Source of the DNA: Hydrolagus affinis
Taxonomy: Eukaryota
Direction of reading: 5' to 3'
DNA length: 64,000 nt
NCBI GenBank assembly: GCA_012026655.1
Contig: JAAILG010000200.1
Span: 62,001-126,000 of the forward strand
Position 1 is the first letter of the stretch, and the number at the start of each line of letters is the position of its first letter. A program made the position numbers and the translations under genes. The notes under the pieces were generated by a model, which did not search any database, was not told the DNA's origin, and saw nothing but the letters and a program-made list of their open reading frames with translations. This document shows positions 12,126 to 23,110 of this stretch, piece by piece.

Positions 12126-12274
12126 GTCAGTGGTATAATTTATCATATTTGTCTGTCCATTGTGCTGCTTTTAGGCAAATATATCCAAGCCACTTTGCAA
12201 CATGAACCTGGGGATTTTTACTTTCGAGATTAAGATTCCATAGCGATGATCTGATAAGTGGTGATGTTGATTAC

Positions 12275-12735
12275 AGCAACAACAACTTGCATTTATATAA
12301 CAGCCTTCACATGGGGTAGCAACCCAGAGCACTTGACAGTGGTGGACTCTGATACGGAGCCAGGGGAAGGGGAAGATGACTATAAGTACAATAAAAATGG
12401 AAGGTCTTTTCAAATTGGGAGGGAGGGGGAAAGGTGCAGGGATTGAAAGAGAGTTTCAGAGTTTTGGGGCGTAGTAACTGAAGGCACAGCCACTGATGTT
12501 GGAACGGTGGGGATGAGGGACAAACAGGAGACCGGTGCCAGCCAACTGGAGGCAACAGATGTTGGAGTGGTGGGTAAGCAGATTGGATAGGTAGGGAGGT
12601 GAGAGGGCATGAACAGTTTTGAAAATGAGAGAGAGGATCTTGTTCAATCCTTTTGATAATTGGGAGCCAGTGGAGTCTGGCAAGGACTGGTGTGAATTGG
12701 GGGTCCAGAGTGTCCAAGCAGCAGAGTTTTGAATT
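12275..12735 (-). mobile_element. L2 LINE 3' end
   Basis: Minus frames give TPVLARLHWLPIIKRIE, KILSLIFKTVHALSPPYL and AFSYYAPKL; (aac)n tail at 12275. Confidence 0.9.
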
Positions 12736-13879
12736 AATTGAATTAAATTGATTTAATTGAGTTTGGGGTCACATACAAGAATATATAATCCAGGCTTTTA
12801 GCTAAGGACTGTTGTAAATGGAGAGAATGTTTTTTAAACTAGTAGCAGCAATGCTCTGAATAGTGTAATTCAGTATTAGCTGTTAAATTAAGCCTATTTG
12901 TGATAAAAACAAATCATCTTACACAACACATACAAACCCTAATCTACATAAGAGTTCCAGGGATGATTATGGGAATCATAATCTTTTTGCCATTTGAAAT
13001 ACTTTCAAGATGCTTCTAGCTTTATAATGGCCATAATTAAACACATCCACTTACCCCTCTACAGTAAGAAATTACACTCTCTCTAAAAGAGCTTATAATT
13101 TCTCTACAAAGCTTGCCACGTAGAGTACATGGTTTGGTTTGGCTGTCTGCAAGTGGAAATAGCAGTAGCAGTCCTATGTCTATTCCTCCTTCAACGTGAC
13201 TAGGAACATGCTAGCTGATGCCATGTGCCACCCAAGTGATCAAATTGCAAGCCGCAGATATATCTGTATTTTATTAAATTGCTTATGGTTCTATTTTCAC
13301 TCTAATAATGGCATATCGAAATCCTGTACTGACTTTTTCATTCCACCACATAACATGCTAAGTCCACGTAACATGCTAAGTGCATGCAGCACTTTCACTA
13401 CATTTTCAGGATTCTGCCTGTAACTTATATTAATAGAACAATAATACTAGTGCTGTACAAGAACCTCATTATAAAATTGCAGGAAACCATATTTATTTTC
13501 TTCTACCCATTTTAAATATAATGCTGAATATTTATGAAACATTAAATTATCGACTGAAAACTATTCTAAATGTATAGTTGTCCCCATGTTATAATATTAT
13601 GCAGGGTTTCACCTTTGAGAATAATTTCAGAACTTTTATTTCAAAATGCACAATGCAGAATGGTAAGAACACACTTGAGTAAAAATAAATAGGCATATTA
13701 TTTCCAAGCAATCATTCAACCTAAATTGCATGAATATTTTGAAAGCTATATTAGAAATGTACACTACAATAAAATACTACAATAAAAAGTGAAATGCTGG
13801 GCATTGTGATTTAAAATGAGTGACATTGGATTTTATTTGAAATCCTGATGATAATTGCACCAAGGAAGAGAATGGATAT

Positions 13880-13982
13880 TTGAAACTAAAACAGAAACAC
13901 TGGAAATCTACAGCAATTCATTAAGAATCCAAAGAAGAAAGATGGATTACATTTTTAAGGATTGATCCTTCATCAAAATTTA
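13880..13982 (-). mobile_element. Degenerate Penelope-type terminal repeat copy
   Basis: Reverse complement ttttgatgaaggatcaatcc...tgctgtagatttccagtgtttctgtttt parallels 40980-41087; the ribozyme core is eroded. Confidence 0.5.
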
Positions 13983-14104
13983 AACAAGAGTCTACAGGAC
14001 CCCAATATAGGATAGAGGCAGTAAGCATTAAAAGTAATTGAAAGTTAGAAAGTAATGATATAAGGAAGTGTTTTGGTGGTGGATCAATAACTGATGGTCA
14101 AATA

Positions 14105-14360
14105 CAACAACAACAAAATTGTACTTATATAGGTCCTTTCACATCGGGAGGATGTCCCAAAGCTCAGAACAGTCAAGTCGGGACAGGGGTGGGGGCGGTG
14201 GGGGGAGGGTCGGGGTCGGGGGAAGGGGAAGGAGAGTAGGAGAGGGGAAAAAGTTAGTGAGGCAGCCAAAGGCGCGGTCGAAGAGGAAGGTCTTGAGACC
14301 GGCCTTGAAGGAGGAAAGGGAGGAAGCAAGGCGGAGGGGCTGCGGGATGGAGTTCTGTTA
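14105..14360 (-). mobile_element. L2 LINE 3' end
   Basis: (caa)n tail, cctttcacatcgggaggatgtcccaa, G-rich tract, gaagaggaaggtcttgagaccggccttgaagg; reverse of 900-1134. Confidence 0.9.
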
Positions 14361-15004
14361 ATTACTGTTAAAGGGAGGACTAATCTGGGTGTAGACTTGA
14401 GGCTGTCACCGATGACACTCTTGCCATCATAGGCTGACTTGAAAGTAAAAAACAAAGTAACCCACTTTGATACATGGGCGGCTGAACCAGTTCTGCTGCT
14501 GGATGCCATTTCTACTGCCGCTCCCAGTTACTGAATACCTGCAGTGGAGCTTTGTTTCCTTGCATGTGTTGTCATCACATTACTTCCAGACCCCCACCCC
14601 CAACCATCCAACTGTTATTTATAATACAGCCAATCAGGTTAAGAATTGTCTAAATTTTGGAGTCTGCATAGAACCAATAATGTAATTTTATTGCATACGC
14701 AATGTTGTCTATGAGTATTTAATGAAATTACATCAGTGGTTCTTCTCAATTGCAGAAATTAAACCCAAAGGAGGAACTTTGAATGTGAAAGCAGAGGTAC
14801 AAAGACCAATGCTCAAAAAATCATCAGTGCATCCACTTGAGTGTTGCTTGTTGCGAAGCAGGTGCCATAGTCTAAACTTAGAATAAAAATGAAATGACCC
14901 AACAGTAAAATGACATGTAATTCCAGAACAGCTCAGAGAAAGGAATGGCAGGAAAACAAACAAGCTTGGAGATGGAGTATGAAAACAGAGCTAACGTTTA
15001 CAAG

Positions 15005-15260
15005 ATTACAAGATTAGTTTGGAAGAGGAAAAGCCCTTCAGATCATCTGATCTCCTCCCTCCAGAATACCCATCCTACAGTCCTCCTATCAGATCATCAA
15101 ACTGTTTCTTAAATGAATCCTGTGTCCCGTCCTCAACCACCTGCTCTGGCAGCCTATTCAGTTGTTAATTACCCTCTGTGTAAAGAGAAATGTCCACCTG
15201 TCTATCTTGAAAATATCCCTTTGCAACAATTTGTTTTGTTCAACTGTCTTGGCACATCTG
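15005..15260 (-). mobile_element. CR1 LINE 3' fragment
   Basis: ttcttaaatg...cctcaaccacctgctctggcagcctattc...accctctgtgtaaagagaaa is a reversed CR1 3' end. Confidence 0.7.
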
Positions 15261-16253
15261 GGTGAATTAAAAGTCAGTTCACTGGTACTTTCTTCAGCCT
15301 CATACATTGTATTCACTGTTGACAGTGAAGGTTTCTCTTATACAATATCAGTGAGATATTTTCAGTCTGTGGCAACCCTGTGACTTGTCATTTAAACTCC
15401 TCCCAAACTTACTCGGATCTCTTCAAATCATAATTTTAACATAAGCACATTAGGAACAAGTCCTGGATAGTGTTAAAATCTCTGGTTTGTGTGGCTTACC
15501 AAATGTAAATTCACAACTCATTTCTGCTTCATGACCTCTAACATAGCTTTATAAGCTTAATTTTATATTTTTTCTATGCTAGTAATCTTTACTAATAAAT
15601 CTTTTAAAGTTGACTCTTAAACACATGAAATATAAGAAGCTTAACTGAATTGTATTTCTTGAGGAAAAATAGATGATTGCAGCTAAAATATGTATAGTAT
15701 ATTAAGAAATAAGTTGAAGTTGTTTGTGAAACCAATATCAAATCATTCTTTGCAGAATAAATTCATCTTTGCCCGTGCAAAATAATAATTGTTGTGTTTG
15801 TTAAACTACTGTTTTTTCATGCTCTGTTAGGCAGTTTTCTGTATGATTAATGTAGTGTTTTTTTTGTCTGAACAGTGGTTCAAAATTAGTTCATTGCTGT
15901 TAACTAAGGTGGACATAAATAGTAGAAGCATTTGACTTGTGAATAGTAAAGGTTATAGCCAACGAATGCCATTTCTCCACCTGTATTGTTTGGGGGCAGG
16001 AAGGGTGGGTAGGGGATCCACAACTTTTGTTGCCTTTGTATTGTTAAGATTTGCTGTAAAACTTTCTAGCAGCAAGCTTCCAAGGCTTGTCACTCAGGCA
16101 CAGGTTGCAAATTAAAAGAGTGAATAACCAAAAGATGGATGTTCCCTGTGGTTGACTATTCAGGATGCTCACAATCCCTTAAAAGGTATTCCTACCAGCT
16201 GTTAGGTAATCTGTTATTTCACATGACCTACTTTGTCAGATTCCCAATGTGTC

Positions 16254-16564
16254 CAGTGGTTCCCAACCTCGAGTCCCTACCCAAATCAGGGTCACGTGGG
16301 TCCTCAGTTGGGTAGCGAAGGGTCATCAGAAATTTTTTGTTGTTGCTTTTTTTAATGCTTTTTTAATGCTGAAAAGTGCCCGAGGCGACACCGCCGACGA
16401 ATTTCTATGAACAACCAGACTAAGGAGTTGCGCTGAGTCCACAAAAGAGAAGGAGATATCGTCTTGGTTGAGCTTCGCTTCAGTCACGATGTCGCCCCCT
16501 AAGGGTGGGAGGACCTGTTGGTGACCAATTTAGGGTCACAGCAAAAAAAGTTTAGGCAACTACC
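16254..16564. mobile_element. hAT-Charlie-like non-autonomous DNA transposon (MITE)
   Basis: Left end CAGTGGTTCCCAACC; degenerate right end aaaaagtttaggcaactac; repeated gggtcac subterminal motifs. No clear 8-bp TSD. Confidence 0.65.
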
Positions 16565-16699
16565 ATTCTACAGCAATGGTGCTGGTATCATGGGAATTAA
16601 AAAGTAAAAATATTTTAAAAAAAACTCCTAAGTATTCAAGTACTTAAGGAGAATATAGAGTGTAGATTTTAAGAAATTCGAAGTAAATAACATTTCAAT

Positions 16700-16930
16700 G
16701 GGAATTTGAGGTTAGCTGTTTAATAGATGTGATATTGTACAACCTGTAATTTAGTTGATTGATACACTCCAGACAGCACCTGTTAATTTGAATGACTGTC
16801 ACGGACAAATTCTGTTGGTGGACAAAGCTGCGCTTAAAATTGTGCAGAAATGATAAAGCGAGTCTGTTTGAAATGTTAATCATTCAAATTGTTGAATTAA
16901 AGAGCTGGTGAAACGGAGACATTGTTATTC
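16700..16930. promoter_or_regulatory. Candidate developmental enhancer (CNE-like)
   Basis: TGATTGAT (Pbx-Hox, 16756-16763), CACCTG E-box (16777-16782), CTGTCA (Meis, 16796-16801) and several TAAT sites in non-repetitive sequence. Confidence 0.4.
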
Positions 16931-17087
16931 TGTTTTTCTGTAATTTTAGTCACTTCAAGAATTTTGTGCTACAGAAACAAAACATTTCCAAACCTAAAGT
17001 ATCAAATAATTTAACTGTACATTTTAAAATGTAATTTTTATTACAATTATATCTGAGTAGACAGAGACAAATGTAAAGCGCAATAGA

Positions 17088-17156
17088 CGTAAAGCGCGCT
17101 CTGAGACGCCGTCTGGCGTGGAGGGCGCGATATAAATCGAAGTTGTTGCTGTTGTA
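17088..17156 (+). mobile_element. CpG-retaining L2/SINE-type 3' tail
   Basis: gtaaagcgcgctctgagacgccgtctggcgtggagggcgcgatataaatcgaag(ttg)n. Confidence 0.7.
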
Positions 17157-18829
17157 AAGCACGCAACATGGAGCGGAATAGTAGTTAACTTACAGCAACA
17201 TATTTTGTACTCGGAGCCTAGGGTATAGAAACAGGATTAGGAATGAAAATGTTCATGGTTTGTTTCTTGTATGTCTAAACTGATTTTCTTTTCGATGAAA
17301 TTAATCAGATGGCTGCTTTCCTTCATTTGAAAGAAATCAGCTTTGGAAAAGTGACCCATTTAGTGCAGTGTTGTTTTGTAAGATGATACAACGGAAAAAC
17401 AAACACGTCTTATCCCTCTGTATTCCAGTAACTGAGCATGGCCATTGGGGATAACAATCTTACTATTTGATATTGCACCTCATCACATTATCAAATCATC
17501 TTAAAGTAGTTCACAGGTATGCAATGCAAAGAAGTGTAGTGACTATATATTTGTAGGTGAACATGACGGCCAATTTGCACACAGCAATATTAATAATTAA
17601 TTTGTTACAATGAAGTGGTTATTTCAAAGGTTGAATAAGTGGTCAGTTATAGGAAACTGTGCGAAGTGTAAACCCATAAACTTATTATAAATAAATAAAT
17701 AAATAACTATTCAATGCCTTCCTTCAATTCAATATTGTACATTGTTCAAGCTGCTTTGAGATGTATTATCCGTCAGTTGGGGGTTTTCAGGTGCAAGTGG
17801 AAACCTGTCTCTGAAAGAATAAAAATCAATTTATGTCAGATGTGAAATGACAGTAGTACTGTTATCCTGCTTTGCCGTACCTGATTGTTTTCTGTCCCTA
17901 ATCCTTCATGGAATGCTTTCCTTGCTTCCACTGAGTTATGGCCCGCTGCCTCAAAAAGTCAGGTTCCTGCAGGAACTTACAACCTTTTGACCCAGAAGTA
18001 AGAATGTTACCACCAACAGAGTCTCTTCCAATTCTTTACTTTGGATTGAGAGAATGTGTTCAGAAGCACAGAAATCCTCTTCCAGCATGTGAACGATCAG
18101 GTACTCTGGCGAATGCCCCAATTTATAAGGCTGTGGGCCCTCTTAGGTTACCTCACTGAGAGTTTACGATGAGCATGGAAAGCAACCTGGCTGTCGTATG
18201 AGCAGAAGTAGCAGAACACTGGTGCACAAATCTACAAAGGAAGGGGGTTAAAGCATAAATTAGTCTGATTGACAACTGTCTAACCAGACTGGACCAACAG
18301 ATGGAGTACACGCTCTACAGGGACTGACTCATCACAAATTATGGTCAGTGACCTTGACACAATTTAATCTGGAAAACATAGGCAAAATCATTGGAGTGAA
18401 GGAATGAGCAAATAGGCCAAGACATCAGTCCCTCCTTCAGAAACTATGCAGCAAGCTTTTATACCAAATCCTGGTATTAATGTAACAAATTGATGATAGA
18501 CTGATAGAATGCTTACAGTGCAAAAAAAAGGTATTTGGCCAATTTTATTTGTGATCATGCTCCTTCCGGCACTTATCTACTTCCATCCCTCTATACATTA
18601 CTCATACTCATTAATATTATTATTCTTCCAATATGTATCCGTTTCTTCCAACTTTTTTTTGTCTTTGATGTTAGCCCTCAATTTGCGCTCAACTGATTTA
18701 TCCCCTTAAATTCTGTGTTCTAATGAAAAAGGTCTCAACTTGTTAAATCTTCCCCAAAAAACTACGACCTCTCACCATGAGAAAAAAACAAGAAGGAAAA
18801 GAGGTGAAATTATTGACCGACACCAGAAA

Positions 18830-18922
18830 AACTCTGTATTTCTTCAAAAAAGTGCCATGGGATCTTTAACATTTACCTGAACTGCCAAAACAGTGAGATG
18901 GAGCTTTGGTTTAATGTCTTAA
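18830..18922 (-). mobile_element. Deu-domain SINE fragment
   Basis: tcttcaaaaaagtgccatgggatctttaacatttacctga...ttggtttaatgtct is the reversed Deu core. Confidence 0.75.
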
Positions 18923-19019
18923 CCACAAAGCCTCACATTGGGAGCTGGCCAAACACCTTCTCAAAATTGGGATCAAATTATTTAGGATTATGAAATAGCT
19001 AGACAAAATAAGCAGTGTA

Positions 19020-19195
19020 TGACTTTAAACATAAACCTGAACAGGACATAAAGCTAAATTGGGGTAAAATGGTTAGGGCCAAGATGAGGGACAAAATGTC
19101 ACAGAACGTAATAACTAAATGCAATATACTGCCATAGAAATCCATGGATCAGAAATCGGTTGAGTGATTTAAGAGAGATTTAACCACATTTGTGG
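19020..19195 (+). mobile_element. CR1 LINE fragment (old)
   Basis: aggacataaagctaaatt...tcacagaacgtaataactaaatgcaatatactgcca...tttaagagagatttaa follows the CR1 3' layout. Confidence 0.5.
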
Positions 19196-21124
19196 TCCCC
19201 TAGACCTTTTTTCAAAAAAAACGGTAGCTTTCTTCTTTGAGTATATTTGTTGAAACATGCCTAAAATTGATATACTTTCACCAGTTAAAAGACACTTTTG
19301 AAATTAAATACATATACTGGAATTTTCTTTAAAAGTTTATTGATAGTAAATTGCTGCACGAGAGAAATATGATCACTGATGATATACTGTAAATTTCTTT
19401 GTACATTTAGGAAAACAATACTTTCCTCTATATCTTTCATCGACCTGTCAATTAAGTGACATTTGTAATGACGAAGAAGGAGGTCTGTGTCAAACTATGG
19501 ACAAAGTTTAGTTTTTGTGGGTGTAGAAAGTAGAGGTTGATGTGGCAGCCTTTTGACCGTGAAACCTTTACTATGTCAATATATTATCTGATTTTAAAGT
19601 GTACACAAAAGCTACTTTATAGATGATCATGTGTGTTTTATTGTGGCTTTACAAGAATGGTCTTCTTTGATGTTTTTTTTGAAAGGTGAGACTAGCATTA
19701 GGTAGTTTGCCTGGGGGTTTGCCATTGAAAACTTTACATGATGCACTGAGCTCAAACAGCTCATAAGGAACAATGCTTCTTCACATACATTATTATATCC
19801 CATCATTCACTTGTTTACATTGTATCTGAGAAGTTGAAATTGGGTTTGTCAACTTTCTTTGTCGTGTAATGAAACAATAGCCAAAACAAGGTACGGGATC
19901 AAATTTTCACTATGTGTGTTTTGCCTCAGGTTATAAATAAGGTAGTTTTGATAGCTGATGGACATCTGTGAGCTTTAATTTTGATGTGCACCTTATTTAG
20001 TTGTCAGACGTGTGCCCAATATAGGGATTACGTGACATTTGATGGACTCTAATTACTGAAATAGTAATAATACTATATATGCCCAGATGTTTGGAATATT
20101 ATTTCTAATAGATAATAGCTGCTGGTTGGAATTGTGCAGTTGCGCTCAACAGCAGAAGTTTCAATTGAATTAACTGTTAGAGTCATAAGATAGCTATTTC
20201 TTGCAAGGCTAAATAGGAAAGATTAGAGAATCAATTTTTTTTAAAGTTTTTACACCATGGATTAGTAATAACTATTTAGTATAAATATTAGACTTTAGTC
20301 AACACATCCAGTTATCAAATTCTTATGCTGATTATCAGTAATAATGGTATATATAATTCCACATTTAGTTAAGAAGTTTTGTGGATGGAGAACATAAAGG
20401 TCAATGGGGAAACCTTTAACTCAGAAATAAAACCTTTAACTCAGATAAATAAAACTCCATCGCTGGTTGTAATTTGGTACAACTTGTGGTTTCCATCTTT
20501 AGTCGATATCTGTCAACATTAGTTTGGGCCAAGAGAACATAGAATACGGGTCACCAACTAGATGATTTCATTACCACACCTGTACAGCTACCACAATGAG
20601 TGTAGAATTTTTCCAGCAAGAGGTAAGAGAATACATTAATCTTTATTGTACAACTTTATATGAGCATACTTCAAGGGTATGGGGGAAATCATCTGACATT
20701 GACACAGAGGCATTATTCAAAGTCAAAATTGCTTCGGGATAAATAGACACCCTTAAAAGAAATAATGCAGAGCATATAGGAGAAGCATATACCCAAGTGC
20801 AAAATGGATCAACAGGAAAATAAAACAGATTAAAGAAAAAAAAAGGAAAATTTATGAATCTGGTTCAAGAAAGGATAGGGTGACCCATGGGCTGAATACA
20901 TGACTATAGAAAAAAAAGTCATATATAAAAAACTAATAGGGGACTCACAAGCTGTTCTATAAAAGTCTTCCCACTATCTTGAAGGCTGATATTTGTTGCA
21001 TAGCTGTTAGCTGAGCAGATATGATGAGGAAACTCTGTGGCTTGGGGAGACAGCTCCCCTTGTAGTCTTGTGACTTTTTCAGTCTGAAGTTCTCAACCAT
21101 TTGAAAACCTGTGTTTGTCTAGCA

Positions 21125-21412
21125 CGTCCACAGCCTCCCCCACCTCACCTTTGGCTGGCGGGCCTTCAGCCACTCTGCCCCTATCTTATGGAACTCCATC
21201 CCACAGACCCTCCACCTCACCCCTCCTTTGCCTTCTTCAAGACCTATCTCAAGACCCTCCTCTTCAACTGTGCCTTTTGTCAGCTTCCTCTGTCCCCCAT
21301 CCTCCTTGATCCCGAGTCCCAACTTGATACCAAAACACTGATTGTCTAGTGCATTTGACGTCCTCCTTATGTGAAAGGCATGATACAAATGTAATTTGGT
21401 TTGTTGTTGTTT
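21125..21412 (+). mobile_element. L2 LINE 3' end
   Basis: gccttcagccactctgcccc...cttcaagacctatctcaagaccctcctcttc (FKTYLKTLLF); tail gtgaaaggcatgatacaaatgtaa(ttg)n. Confidence 0.9.
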
Positions 21413-22629
21413 TTTCTTCATTTGACTACTTCTCTTCCCTCACTAGTAATGACAGTTATCTCACAAGGCTTTGACTCCAGTAGTATAGTATAAACAGTAT
21501 AAGTAACTGGTTCATATCAGTTCAATTTCTGAGAGAAGGCAATTTAGGTCTCTGATTGAATTGCTCAATACAAGTGACTATTTGTTAAATGACAACTAAA
21601 TGTTTCTATCTGCTACAAAAACCCTGAAACTTTACGAAGAAGGTCTGGATAGAGTAGTGACTTGATGCACATTTTCTCTGATGACAACAGGATTGCCTTT
21701 CTTTGTAAGTGCAATCAAAGAACAGTTTGAGATAGGTAGAAATATGATTATTGATTTAGCAGATATTTCTACTAATTATATTTTGTGTGGTTTCAATTGA
21801 TCCACTTGACATGACTGTAACAAAAACAGTCTGGGAAAATATACTCCAGACAGTTATGACATTGTACAAGTCAGGATCCATTGTGTGCCCCAGGCTCCCA
21901 AAGGGTTTCTTTTTACACAATCCCATGTGATTTGCCAATTGCCTTTAAGGTCAAGATTAATTATATGTAAGGACCATGAAAATAAGATTTTAATTCTTTT
22001 CACCCATAGGTATGCTTTTTGAGTGATAGTCAATCAGAAAAAAACTATTTTCACCCGTTTCCTTTTAAAATCTGAACCAGCCAATCTTATTCAACATCTG
22101 TGATATAGTGCATACTCATTGGTAATACTCACTTAGTGCTGTAAGTAATACTTACCAACAACTCCTCACCTCAGGTCCTTACACTATAGACCAGTTATAT
22201 CCCCCACAAAAAAGTTATATCCCAAGTTGTCCCTACAACTCACAGAATCTTGTAGAGCCTTGATGTTTTCTTCAACCCTTGACTCTTTTCAAATCTTTCA
22301 ATTGGGCTTCTTCCAACATGAAAGGATCCATCTAAGTGCAAATATTTTTTGTTATTTCTATATTTCATGATGGATGTTTCAAACAGTCAGAATAAGATAG
22401 ACATTCTCTTTTGAGCCTGAAGCAAGTCAGCAACCTCATCATTTTATTCAATCTCAGCTCTTTGTTAATTTCTACATCTGGTCTTTGATTAAGACCACCT
22501 TCCTCCATCTCTTCAATCTTGCCACCACTAACTTCTGTCTCGAATGCAGCTAAAACCCTCCACTATTGCACTGAGTTTAAGATACTAATGTTGCCCATCA
22601 TTCACCCACAAAACACAGAGTCACAAACT

Positions 22630-23110
22630 TTACAGTGAATCCATGAGTGCCTTGAGCTGTCCTCCTGAAGTGAAAAGCATTACAGTTAACTCTTGTCAAA
22701 CGCGACTTTATTGATTGTGAATTCGAGTATACACGACGAAAAAAAGTCACTTTTTTGCGTAACGCGTGTAAAACTTGCGTATACGCGCTGGCTGGCCCTG
22801 CACACATGGGCACTTGTGAGGACGCCGGCAGCTCCCGACTAAATCCGATGATTCTTCAGCTGGTTGGCCCTGCGCGCAATGCACCCTACACCCAGCCGGC
22901 TGTAGCCTACCTCAGTATGTACCTTGCATTGGTCAGGTGTGGAAGTGCCTGGAGGCTTGAGGTGGGTAGCTTGTGGCTGGATTCCCCTAAACCCCTTTTC
23001 CCATTACTTGTTAAGCTTACCCAAGTTTACTGAGTGCGCTGTTTTCCAGGAACGTAACCCCCGCAATCGACAAGGGTTAACTGTATACCAAATGTAAGCT
23101 TTAGTATTAT
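22630..23110 (+). mobile_element. L2-type tail interrupted by a MITE
   Basis: agtgccttgagctgtcctcctgaagtgaaaagcatTA [insert] TAtaccaaatgtaagc rejoins to the tail consensus. Confidence 0.7.
22683..23083. mobile_element. Tigger/pogo-like (Tc1-mariner) MITE, 401 bp, TA target-site duplication
   Basis: TA|CAGTTAACTCTTGTC ... GACAAGGGTTAACTG|TA (14/15 terminal inverted repeat); Tigger-like subterminal ggaacgtaacccccgc; CpG-rich interior. Confidence 0.9.

Noticed and set aside
14186-14230. G-quadruplex-like G tracts
   Set aside because: This is the C-rich tract of the L2 3' region seen in sister copies.
22687-23080. piggyBac element with TTAA duplication
   Set aside because: The inverted repeat extends outward through CAG/CTG to TA, and the host L2 tail rejoins at TA.
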